A stretch of DNA of 64,000 nucleotides from Scyliorhinus canicula (lineage: Eukaryota). The stretch lies in assembly GCF_902713615.1 (NCBI RefSeq), contig NC_052175.1, positions 8,573,941 through 8,637,940 of the forward strand, read 5' to 3'. This document shows positions 9,088 to 18,659 of the stretch, in pieces. The notes beneath the pieces were generated by a model. That model saw nothing but the letters and a program-made list of their open reading frames with translations. It did no database searches and was not told where the DNA came from. A program made the translations under genes and the position numbers. The first letter of the stretch is position 1. Every line of letters begins with the position of its first letter.

Positions 9088-12000
9088 TCACTTTGATTCT
9101 GCCTCTGTGAACAGGGTCACAAAGGGGTTGCCGTGGCGGGAGTCAGACACCGTGTCGTCCTGCTCTCCCGGATCCCACACCCTTGTGTGGATCAGGCATG
9201 CTATTTTGGAGTTGTGTGACCGGGGGTCACTCTCGTCATTGCGGACAAGTCTGTAGGAATTGTCCCTGTGCCATTGTGTAGCGTCGAGTGTGTTGTCGGG
9301 GTAGTCGGGGTCGGGTGGTGGGTCTGGGTTTTTGAGGTAGGTGACTTCCATGGGATCACTGGAGTCGGGGTCGTAGGTGGTGCAGTGTGGGCTGTATGGC
9401 TGTGTGGTGTCGCTGTCTTCAGAGTCAGTGTCTGTCCTACTGTCTCTGCTGTGGCAGCTTGTGGGCGTGTCGGGGCGTGGTCTGTAGTGGTCTGTGGGCG
9501 GAGTCGTGGGCGAGTTCGTGGATGAACTGGTCTGTGAGGAGGATGGTGGAAAAGTGTCTCTGGCGGGCGGGGTGAAGTGTTCTGCTGCATCCAGCAGGAC
9601 ATGGTGAGCATGGTTGGCCTGTGTTCCATATGCCTTTAACTGGTTGATATGGAACCACGCGGTCTTCCCATTAGGATACTTTATCCTGTAAACGGAGGGG
9701 CTAATTTTGTCCGAAATTGAGTAGGGACCGGAATATTTTGGAGCCAAAAAACTGCTGGGGTTATAAACAGATAACATTACCTGTTGCCCAACCTGGAATT
9801 CTGTGGTGTGTACGGTCTTATTGAAACAGGCAGTCCGTTGCTGTCGGCGTTTCCCTAGCTGGACTGCGGCTGCGAGCTGTGCAGACCTCACAGTCTCAAC
9901 TAGATCTCTAACTGCCTTTTCATGTGTGAGGGCCGTCACTTCGGGGCTTGTCATGTCCAGTCCTAAAAGGAATTCTGTACCTTTCATAGGGCGTCCGGTC
10001 ATGAGTGTGTGTGGTGTGTATCCTGTCGATGTGGAGACAGTGTTCCTTATGAACATAAGTGCAAAGGGGAGCACTGAATCCCATGTGGAATTGTTCTGTT
10101 GTACCATTTTCCTAAGGGTAGTTTTTAGGGTCCGATTCATGCGCTCCACAATCCCGCTGGACTGTGGATGATACGCAATGTGGAAGTTCTGTTTGATTCC
10201 GAATATTGTCAGGACGTTCCTCATGACCCGTCCTGTAAAGTGAGATCCCTGGTCCGAATCGATACTTCGGGGTAAACCCCATCTCGTGAAGATGTGGTGG
10301 GTCAGGATCTTTGCAGCTGTCTTTGCTGTATTTGTTCGCGAGGGAAATGCCTCTACCCACTTGGTAAAGGTGTCTATCACCACCAGAACGTATTTATAGC
10401 CATTCCTACAAGGGGGCAATGGACCTATAAAGTCGATCTGGAGGTTTGTCCAAGGGCCGTTAACTGGGCGAGTATGCCGAAGTTGTGCTTTCTTAGAATA
10501 CCTGTCCGGGTTATTCTGAGCACAAATCAGGCAATTCTCTATGTAGTGCGTTACATCATTCCTGAGATTAGGCCACCAACAGAGTTGCCTGAGGTGCCTC
10601 GTTGTTGCATCAATTCCCTGATGCCCGTGTCCGTCATGGAACAAGGCAATCATCTGATTCCTGTCCTGCTGTGGGACCACATAAAGTCGGTCCTTAATGA
10701 TCACACCCTCATGTGTGGTCAGTGCGTGTTTAAAGTGCTCGTAAGCAGGCACAAAGTTTCCCTTGAAAACCTCCCTGAGGTCTCCGTCCTGTTTTTGTGC
10801 TGCCACGAGATCTTTAATATCAGTCTGTGAGACTTGGACTGCGCTCACAGGGGCGCTAGCTGGTGCGCTAGCTGGGGGGGTCCATAAGTGTCCTCTCCTG
10901 GAACCTGCCTTAGCCAACGCGTCGGCTTTTACATTCCCAGGGGGTGATGACCTATGGTGACTTCTTACTTTTATTATGCCGAAGGTCCTGTCCTTCGCTT
11001 TCTCTAGGATATGCTGGAGTAAGGGGGCTGATGGAAGGGGTTTTCCGTCTGCGGAGACAAAACCTCGTGTCCTCCACAGGGGCAGAAAATCGGTTAAACT
11101 GTTACAGACATATAAGCTGTCTGAATATATGTCTGCTGGGCTGGGGAAAGAATCGGGGTGGTCCACTATGTACGCTATGGCTGCTAGCTCCGCTGCCTGC
11201 GCGCCTAAGTGACCTGGTAACTTAAGAGCTATCTCTTCGAGAGCGCGCCCCTGCGCGTCCTCTACATAGATGCCGCATCCTGTGATACGCTCACCATTTA
11301 AAACTGTGGAGGAACCGTCTACATAAATCCTCAAGGGTCCACACGTGTCTGTGGGCTGGGGGCTTTGTTTCGGGTTCCCTATCTTCCTGGGGGGTGTTTT
11401 GGCTAAAAAGGGTCCTGTGTTGTGCAGGGGAGCTACAATTTCACAGTCATGGGGCTGTCCGGGGTATTGGAGGTTGTCGGCTAAGTATGTGTGTGTGCGT
11501 GTCCGTTTCACTGTAATGTCCCGTCCTTGTAAAAGTAGGGTCCACCTAGCTGCCCTAATCTGGCTAACTGAACCGTCCTTCAGTCGACCGTCTAGTAGTA
11601 GCTGTGTGGGTGTGTGTTCGGTTAGAATGGTGATGGGGTTGAGTCCGGTGATGTATGAGAAATACTGCACTGCCCAGAAGACAGCAAGGAGGTGCCTCTC
11701 ACAGGCTGAAAATCCTTGTTCTACTGGGTCTAACAGTCGGGAGGCATAAGCCACTGGTCTTAGCTGCTCGTGCCGTTCTTGAAGCAACACGGCCGAGAGG
11801 GTCAGATCGGTGCTCGCTACCTCTATTGCGTACGGTGAAAGTTGGTCGGGGACTAGCAGCGCGGGTGCTGCACTGAGGGCTCGTTTCAACTCTTCCACAG
11901 CGCCTGTATGCTGCGGAAGCCATTCCCAGGGGGCTCCTTTCTTAAGGAGGTCTGAAAGTGGGGCGGCTTTTGTCGCGAATCCGTCGATGTGGTTCCGACA

Positions 12001-13314
12001 ATAGCCAACCAGTCCTAAAAACGACCGGAGGGCTGATACATTTTGGGGAAGGGGCAATTTGACGATCGAATCAATTCTTTTGAATTCGATCTCGCGTTTG
12101 CCGTGCGTGATGACTGATCCCAAATACATCACTTTACTTTCCAATATTTGGGCCTTTTTCGGGTTAACTTTACAGCCAATTTCAGTTAAGAGTTCTAGGA
12201 GTTCGGCCAGAAGCGAAATGTGCTCTGCCTTTGTGTCTGTCTGCAGTAGTAGGTCGTCTACATACTGTACCAGACATTCGGGTCGGGAAAATTTTTCTAA
12301 TCCACTTGCCAGCTGTCGGTGGAAAATGGAGGGGGAATTGTGGAATCCTTGTGGGAGGCATGTCCACGTGTACTGCTGTGTTTTAAAAGTGAATGCGAAT
12401 TTGTATTGGCACGCTTTTGCCAATGGTATTGACCAGAATCCATTACTGATGTCCAATACCGTGAAGTACTTGGCGTTGAGACCCTGCTTGAGCATGGTCT
12501 CGGGACTAGTAGCTACCGTTGGGGCTACTGCGGGGGTTACTTTGTTGAGTTCCCGATAATCGATGGTCAGACGCCATGATCCATCGGGCTTCCTCACTGG
12601 CCAAATAGGGGCATTGTTGGTGGAGGCTACCGTTCTCAGTACACCTTGGTCCAACAAGCTGCCTATAACTTTTTCTATTTCCACCTCTGCCTCGAGGGGA
12701 AATCTATACTGCTTTTGCGGTCGGGGGTCCTGTCCGGTAACATGAACTTGTCCAGTCATTCTGCCACAGTCATGACGGTGACTTGCAAATGCTGTCCTGT
12801 GTTTGTTCAGTAGGGCCTTAATTTGTCGGTCGGTGTGGAGCGTAGTCAGGTCGAATGAGTACTCTCCCACTGCGCTAATCCGATTAGCGTAGTCTCCTAC
12901 TGTGAGGGTGGCTGGGGCTCTGTCTGATCTCGCCATTCGCCAGACACACTGGTTCACTGGGTCGAACGACAAGCTGTGAGCGTTCATAAAATCTATCCCC
13001 AGGATGTGCTCTGCCGTCCGGGGAAGATTTACTAAAACTACGGGGTGCCTTGTGCTAATGTTCCCTAGCTGGATCGCTACGGGTGCTGTGATATGTCCCT
13101 GCTGCGAGTGTCCGGTGAACCCGCTAAGTGTGATGGTGGAGGTGGTCGGCCACGTGTCTGCGTGTGCCGTGGTTGTGGAGTTAATGGTGGTGCGGGATCC
13201 TCCTGTGTCCCACAATAACTCTATGGGCTTCCCTTTGACTTTTGCCGTGACTACGGGCCTCCCTGATGAGTCCCATAGTGTGTCACAGACCCAAGTGGGG
13301 GAGCCCGAACACCG
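9088..13314 (-). CDS. pol: Pol polyprotein (protease, RT, degenerate RNase H tether, RNase H, integrase, low-complexity C-terminal extension)
   Basis: LLWDTGG protease; LPQGFHNSP and YVDD (12253-12264) RT; IEVAST...ERHL...TEH degenerate Ty3-type RNase H; IYVDGS...AELAAI...YSDS...GNVKAD second RNase H; HHCC plus D-D-E integrase (QIDFIGP, DSDQGSHF, GIVERMN). Frame is open up to the gag stop. Confidence 0.96.
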   Translation of the reverse strand, partial: RCSGSPTWVCDTLWDSSGRPVVTAKVKGKPIELLWDTGGSRTTINSTTTAHADTWPTTSTITLSGFTGHSQQGHITAPVAIQLGNISTRHPVVLVNLPRTAEHILGIDFMNAHSLSFDPVNQCVWRMARSDRAPATLTVGDYANRISAVGEYSFDLTTLHTDRQIKALLNKHRTAFASHRHDCGRMTGQVHVTGQDPRPQKQYRFPLEAEVEIEKVIGSLLDQGVLRTVASTNNAPIWPVRKPDGSWRLTIDYRELNKVTPAVAPTVATSPETMLKQGLNAKYFTVLDISNGFWSIPLAKACQYKFAFTFKTQQYTWTCLPQGFHNSPSIFHRQLASGLEKFSRPECLVQYVDDLLLQTDTKAEHISLLAELLELLTEIGCKVNPKKAQILESKVMYLGSVITHGKREIEFKRIDSIVKLPLPQNVSALRSFLGLVGYCRNHIDGFATKAAPLSDLLKKGAPWEWLPQHTGAVEELKRALSAAPALLVPDQLSPYAIEVASTDLTLSAVLLQERHEQLRPVAYASRLLDPVEQGFSACERHLLAVFWAVQYFSYITGLNPITILTEHTPTQLLLDGRLKDGSVSQIRAARWTLLLQGRDITVKRTRTHTYLADNLQYPGQPHDCEIVAPLHNTGPFLAKTPPRKIGNPKQSPQPTDTCGPLRIYVDGSSTVLNGERITGCGIYVEDAQGRALEEIALKLPGHLGAQAAELAAIAYIVDHPDSFPSPADIYSDSLYVCNSLTDFLPLWRTRGFVSADGKPLPSAPLLQHILEKAKDRTFGIIKVRSHHRSSPPGNVKADALAKAGSRRGHLWTPPASAPASAPVSAVQVSQTDIKDLVAAQKQDGDLREVFKGNFVPAYEHFKHALTTHEGVIIKDRLYVVPQQDRNQMIALFHDGHGHQGIDATTRHLRQLCWWPNLRNDVTHYIENCLICAQNNPDRYSKKAQLRHTRPVNGPWTNLQIDFIGPLPPCRNGYKYVLVVIDTFTKWVEAFPSRTNTAKTAAKILTHHIFTRWGLPRSIDSDQGSHFTGRVMRNVLTIFGIKQNFHIAYHPQSSGIVERMNRTLKTTLRKMVQQNNSTWDSVLPFALMFIRNTVSTSTGYTPHTLMTGRPMKGTEFLLGLDMTSPEVTALTHEKAVRDLVETVRSAQLAAAVQLGKRRQQRTACFNKTVHTTEFQVGQQVMLSVYNPSSFLAPKYSGPYSISDKISPSVYRIKYPNGKTAWFHINQLKAYGTQANHAHHVLLDAAEHFTPPARDTFPPSSSQTSSSTNSPTTPPTDHYRPRPDTPTSCHSRDSRTDTDSEDSDTTQPYSPHCTTYDPDSSDPMEVTYLKNPDPPPDPDYPDNTLDATQWHRDNSYRLVRNDESDPRSHNSKIACLIHTRVWDPGEQDDTVSDSRHGNPFVTLFTEAESK

Positions 13315-15063
13315 TCAGTTCGTCTCGTCCACATTGGTGGGTCCTGACTGTACTGCTACATTGTGGATGGGTTTTGCTTTGTTGCGGTTCAGAGTGCCTG
13401 TCTGCTGGCCTCTCTGAGATCGCTGGGGTGCATTACACTCTTTTGCCCAATGCCCTAACTGTCCACAGTTATAGCATTCCTGTCCTTTCAGTTGAGGGCT
13501 GCTCTTGCCTTCATTTACCCATGCGGGCTTCTGGTGCTCTCTGACTGCTTGGATATCTGCAGCAGCCTGAGCCTCTTCTGGGGATCTAACCTTTCCTTTT
13601 GCCTGAAGCGATTGCTCCCAAGCGCGGGACAATCTTTTGAGGACCCATTTTTCGTTATGGGCCTCTTCTGAGGGGTCGTAATTATTGCAAGCGCTCTGTC
13701 CTGCTTCTGTTGCGTGTGAGATAATTGTGCGCGTCCACTTAACCATGTTTTCGCGGGTTAAATGCGCTCTATCTAGCTGTCCGAAAACTGCGCTGAAGTG
13801 AATCCACAGCCTTCCTGCGAATGCTGTGGGGTGTTCGGATCTCTTCTGCCTGCACTTATTCAAGCCTTCTACGGGGTCACCTCTATTGTACCCGATGGCA
13901 TCTAAAATGGCAGTGTGCATCTCCTCTAGGCTGCCTCCTGCCACGTTTTGTGGGTCGGGGAGGGCTGCCACTACACTCTGGTCTAAGCTCAGCACGGTGA
14001 GCTTAACCTGCTCTCTCTCATCCAGGCCGTACATGGTAGCCTGCTGTTTTACTTTCGCAAAGAACTGGTGGGGGTCTGCGGTGGGGAGGAACGGAGTGAT
14101 CTTTTCACAAGCGTCCCTTAGCTGGGTTACGGTTAAAGGGGTGGTGTAAGTTATGTCTGGGGCGCCTTCTGATTCGGCTTTCCTCTGTGTGGTTACGGGA
14201 TTCATGGGTGCGGTTATGATCTGAGCTGTGGGGGGTTGGGGTGCCTGTCGTTTCTGCTGAGCTGCGGGCGCACATGTTCCCTGAACATAACGCTGCGCTG
14301 TCTCGCTTAATTCCTGCCAATCTGGGGCGTTTTCCCCATCTAACTGAGCTCCAAAGGTGCTTTGGAAGCCATTCTGCACCGAAAGCAGAGATTGCAGTTC
14401 CGCAATCTGTTTCCTGCATTTCGCGTGGTCAACTGTGCTTTGTCTTTGTTCGGTTGTTGCAGCATGGAGTGCTCTCAAAGCTGCTTTGAGATCGGAACAT
14501 TGCCTCTGCAATGCCTCCACCTGCTTTTCCGATTCCTGTCTTATCAGAACGGCACGTTGCACGTCCTGATAGGCTTTCTCATACTGGGTCTGGGAACTGT
14601 TCAGATGAGCTAGACAAGACTGGTGAGCCCTCTTGGCATCATCCACCTCTCTACCCTTCTCTGCCAACTTCCCTTTAAGATCCAGGTTTTCTTTCTCGAT
14701 GTCCCTGACATCGACCTTACTCATTCGGTTCCTTTCCTCTAAATCTGCCCGGAGCGTCCTGATGACCTCCTCTGCGCCTCGCAACTGTGCCAAGCAGGAC
14801 ACAATCGCCATCGGCTTGCGTGCTTTACTTAAACTCTTTTTGTGTATCTGAGAGAGGTTCTCCCACCAAGTATGACCTATACTTCCGGGACCTGTCTCCT
14901 CATTTGCACAAAACTCTTTCCAAAGGGGCCATCCCTTTCCTTGTAAGTATTTGCGGAGTTCCAGCTCCCACGTGGGACACTGGCCTACTCTGCTACTGCT
15001 GCTGGTCGCTGCGACCACAAACTTTGCTGGATCCATCAGGCGTTCCATTGCCTGCATGGCCAT
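13315..15063 (-). CDS. gag: Gag (582 aa): coiled coil, capsid-like region, one CCHC zinc knuckle
   Basis: Uninterrupted ORF after the PBS; CYNCGQLGHWAKEC knuckle; QKRSEHPTAFAGRL MHR-like motif; same frame as pol. Confidence 0.93.
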   Translation of the reverse strand: MAMQAMERLMDPAKFVVAATSSSSRVGQCPTWELELRKYLQGKGWPLWKEFCANEETGPGSIGHTWWENLSQIHKKSLSKARKPMAIVSCLAQLRGAEEVIRTLRADLEERNRMSKVDVRDIEKENLDLKGKLAEKGREVDDAKRAHQSCLAHLNSSQTQYEKAYQDVQRAVLIRQESEKQVEALQRQCSDLKAALRALHAATTEQRQSTVDHAKCRKQIAELQSLLSVQNGFQSTFGAQLDGENAPDWQELSETAQRYVQGTCAPAAQQKRQAPQPPTAQIITAPMNPVTTQRKAESEGAPDITYTTPLTVTQLRDACEKITPFLPTADPHQFFAKVKQQATMYGLDEREQVKLTVLSLDQSVVAALPDPQNVAGGSLEEMHTAILDAIGYNRGDPVEGLNKCRQKRSEHPTAFAGRLWIHFSAVFGQLDRAHLTRENMVKWTRTIISHATEAGQSACNNYDPSEEAHNEKWVLKRLSRAWEQSLQAKGKVRSPEEAQAAADIQAVREHQKPAWVNEGKSSPQLKGQECYNCGQLGHWAKECNAPQRSQRGQQTGTLNRNKAKPIHNVAVQSGPTNVDETN

Positions 15064-15347
15064 TTCCTCTGACTCTCTTTGTATAATTTGGAACAGGGGG
15101 TTGCTGGGGTGGTGTTTTGAGAAAAGGGTACGGCTTACGCTATTTTCCGATCACAAAACTACCGAAAGTTTGTCGCAACAAAAAGCTTTCAGTTTTACCT
15201 TACAGCCCTGTTAGTACGCATGCACTAAAACACACTTCCGAATTTCGCTTATTATTTTGAACACCTTGAATACTTGTGATCTCTTTCTTTCTCTGCAATT
15301 TGGAGTTCTAATTCAAATTTCAGGGTCCTGGACACTGTGGTGTTTCC

Positions 15348-15353
15348 ACTTAC
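15348..15353 (-). promoter_or_regulatory. Candidate major splice donor just 3' of the PBS
   Basis: Minus strand CTGTT|GTAAGT between PBS and gag ATG, the usual retroviral position. Confidence 0.5.
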
Positions 15354-15359
15354 AACAGG

Positions 15360-15377
15360 GTCCCGGCGGAGTCGCCA
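15360..15377 (-). other. Primer-binding site for tRNA-Arg(UCU)
   Basis: TGGCGACTCCGCCGGGAC is the 18-nt complement of GUCCCGGCGGAGUCGCCA, the 3' end of vertebrate tRNA-Arg-TCT as I recall it; 5 nt from the LTR end. Confidence 0.85.
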
Positions 15378-15382
15378 CTAAA

Positions 15383-16334
15383 TGTTGCACGTTTTACTAT
15401 GGGCGTAAAACGCGTTTATTGGAGTGTATTAACACGCCTCCGAGTTCGACGTGTGCTTAACACTGCTAGGCTCTGTTCTATGTAATTATTTAAGCTCTGG
15501 AGTCGCCAGCTGCCGTATAGGCAACGTCACAAGTATTCCAAGGTCAAATTCAAAGTAATAAAGACGATACACCGATTAGTCAAGTTCAAACGATCAATAT
15601 TTATTATACAGTTAATAATAAATACTCATGCACACACACTAAGAGACTAAGCTACAACTAAACATAAGCAAACAGAATACTTATCTAACAGGAACAGGCA
15701 AGGTCAGAGAACGAGGCCTTCGTCCTGGTTTTGTCTGCAGCCTTCAGCAAGCGTTCTGGCACTTGGGAGTCTAGCGGGCTTGGATCGCGTAGCGAGCGTT
15801 GAACTTACGGTTTCGGCGGCTGGTGCTCAACGGCTGGAGTCAGGATACCAGGTGTCAGTCGGGGCCGGAGCACAGGTTTAACAGACCGGACAACACGAGG
15901 TCCCTATCTTTTATAGGGGTTCCGTTGTCCTTCCCTCTTCTCGGGCGGGCTCTACCTATTGGATCAATTTCTTATCGATACTGGATTAATTCCCCAATGC
16001 GAGGGGGTCTCCGTGATGGAGGGGGCGTTTCTTATGTCCTTTTGTTCGGAGGTTTCTGGTGCCTCGATGTCTGGGTCTTGATTGGAATGTGTCCATTCAG
16101 AACCAAATGTATCTATTGTGTGGGTGTTCAAGTCTGATGGCCTCATTAGCATGCAAAGCGTTTTGCCATTTGCACCTAGCTAAGGTCTCTTTACCTGAGC
16201 CCAAACTGGTTTCTGCTGCTGCAGAATGCAAACTGCTCTTTGCAGACTGCTGTTCTGGCTGAACTGTCTGTTTCCCAGCAGCCTTCCATTTTAGTTTGGC
16301 TCAGTGTCCATTTTGCGTGGCCAGCATGGCTACA
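15383..16334 (-). repeat. 5' LTR (952 bp)
   Basis: Near-identical to 6514-7465, followed by the PBS. Confidence 0.97.
15909..15915 (-). promoter_or_regulatory. LTR TATA box with upstream CCAAT
   Basis: Minus strand TATAAAA, with CCAAT at ~15958-15962 about 45 nt upstream. Confidence 0.7.
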
Positions 16335-16479
16335 GTTGCTCCTATCAGTGACCTGCGGTCATCATCAAGACGATAAGAGATTGCAAATATCTGACGTGCG
16401 ATACATCGGGGTGTCCTAGCGCATGAATCACAGTGTGCAGGCACAGCAAGTAATTGGGGAATCTAACAGAACGTTTACC

Positions 16480-17470
16480 TTTACTGAGAAGAGTATTAAA
16501 TAAAAAAAATTAGTGCGTTTACAGCTCAGTTGTACGAGCTAGACTACATTTGGAGTACTCTGGACAACTTTGGCCACTTTATTTAAGGAAGGATGTAAAT
16601 GCGTTTGAAGAATATTCACAGAAATGTATCAGAATAATACCCGGAATGCGTCCCATGGGGGAAAGCTGGAATGGTCATATGTATCGTATCCACTGGAATG
16701 TAAAGAGAATGAGGCGACTTTATTGAAACTTATCAGATCCAGAAGGTGTCTTGAAAAGGTGCATGTGCAGAAGGTTTTTTCTCTTGGAGGAGAATCTATA
16801 ATTGTTGGGGTGGGGGGGGGGGGGGGGGGGGGGGTCACTGTTTAAAAATAATGGGTCCGTCGTTAGAAAGGAAAATGAGGATGTTTTGTTTACTCTGAGA
16901 GGGTCGTGAGTCTTGATAACTTCCTTCCTTTCAAAAGGGGTTGAAAGAGTATCTTTGAAACCTTTTAAGGCAGAGATTGATATCTTCATTGTAACCAGGG
17001 AGTCCAGAGGTGATTGAGAGCAGGCCTTATGCAGAACTGAGGTTACTATCAGATCAGACATGGTCTGATTAAACAGTGGAGCGGAGTCGAGAGGAATAGC
17101 ACAGTCCTGCTCCTTCTACGTATTTTCGTCCTTAAAACAGATAGAATTCCCAAACGATTGCCACAGTAAATATTGGAAAGATGCGTTCTCTGGTGAGGGA
17201 ATATTGAAGCAGGGAACACAGTGTCCGCAGTAAGAGGGGGACGAGGATGAATGTCTTCTCTCAGTTAGAAATTCCCATTCCCACAGGGAAGTGGGGGCGG
17301 GGCCATTGAATATTGTCAAGACTGATTTAGAGCGGATTGAAGTAAAATGGAGTCCAGGATTTTAGGGAGGCAGACAGGCGGATGAAGATAAGATCAACAA
17401 TCAGGTCAGCTACGATCTTGTTGAATAGCAGAGCAGGCTCGAGTGGCCGAATGGCTTCTTCGTGTTGCAA
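16480..17470 (+). mobile_element. Decayed CR1 3' fragments (two or more), including a ~23-nt G run
   Basis: Degenerate RT C-terminal and 3' UTR blocks; poly-G 16812-16834. Confidence 0.55.
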
Positions 17471-17714
17471 TTTGCTCTGGCCATTTTGCGTCTGCTCAGT
17501 TAATAAAAGACAATCGGAATTATTAATTCATCTCAGAATAAATCATGACGGAACGTGGGAAAAAGTAAAGCATCAATACCAAGGCAATGGCTTTCGGAAT
17601 AAACTGGTTTCTGAATCAGTTATAAATAAAGGGTGATCATTGATCGGCACAACATTGAGGGCCGAAGGGCCTGTTCTGTGCTGTACTGTTCTAATTATAA
17701 TTCTACTAGAGTGA

Positions 17715-18140
17715 GAAAACGAATAACAAAAGATGAAGAAAATTACAGCACGGGAACAGGCCCTTGGATCCTCCCAACCTGCGCCGATGCAGATCCTTGA
17801 TGTCAACCTGTCGCCTGTTTTCCAAGGATCTACTTCCCTCTGTTCCCGGCTCGTTCATATATCTGTCAAGATGCATCTTAAATGACGCTATCGTGCCCGC
17901 CTCTTCTACCTCCGCTGGCAAAGCGTTCCAGGCAGTCACCACCCTCTGCGCAAAGCACTTTCCATGTACATTTCCCTTAAACTTTCCCCGTCACACCTTG
18001 AAAGCGTGGCCCTTTGTAATTGACACACCCACTCTTGCAAAAAGCTTGTTGCTATCCACCCTGTCCATACCTCTCATAATTTTGTAGACTTCAATCAAGT
18101 CCCCCCTCAACCTCCGTCTTTCCAACGAAAGCAATCCGAA
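17715..18140 (-). mobile_element. CR1 3' fragment
   Basis: Reverse strand reads ...ERRRLRGDLIEVYKIM...; AWNALPAEVEEAG motif and a 3' tail. Confidence 0.8.
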
Positions 18141-18648
18141 TTTGGAGCGTGTCCAGTGGAGATTCACACGGATGATCCCTGGAATGGCGGGTCTAACATA
18201 TCATGAACGGCTGAGGATCCTGGGATTGTATTCATTGGAGTTTAGAAGGTTAAGGGGAGATCTAATAGAAACTTACAAGATAATACATGGCTTAGAAAGG
18301 GTGGATGCAAAGAAACTGTTTCCGTTAGGCGAGGAGACGAGGACCCGTGGGCACAGCCTTAGAATTAGAGGGGGTAAATTCAGATCAGATATGCGGAGGC
18401 ATTTCTTCAGCCAGAGAGTGGTGGGCCTGTGGAATTCATTGCCGCGGAGTGCAGTGGAGGCCGGGACGCTAAATGGCTTCAAGGCAGAGATAGATAAATT
18501 CTTGATGTCGCGAGGAATTAAGGGCTACGGGGAGAATGCTGGTAGGTGGAGTTGAAATGCCCATCAGCCATGATTGAATGGCGGAGTGGACTCGATGGGC
18601 CGAATGGCCTTACTTCCACTCCTATGTCTTATGGTCTTATGATCTTAT
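18141..18648 (+). mobile_element. CR1 3' fragment (different subfamily), joined 5'-to-5' with the previous one
   Basis: ORF 18142-18555 ERVQWRFTRMIPG...RRLRGDLIETYKII...; (TCTTATG)n tail at 18621-18648. Confidence 0.88.
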
Positions 18649-18659
18649 GGAATTTACTC

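Larger units (their letters stand above)
6514..16334 (-). mobile_element. Full-length, very recent LTR retroelement / endogenous retrovirus-like provirus (dual RNase H, no canonical env)
   Basis: Two 952-bp LTRs with TG...CA ends, GTTG TSD (6510-6513, 16335-16338), PBS, PPT, uninterrupted gag and pol ORFs. Confidence 0.97.

Noticed and set aside
9201-14851. Many 60-180-aa ORFs overlapping gag-pol on either strand (e.g. 10294-10830 +)
   Set aside because: Shadow frames of a long GC-balanced coding region; no domains or independent signals seen.
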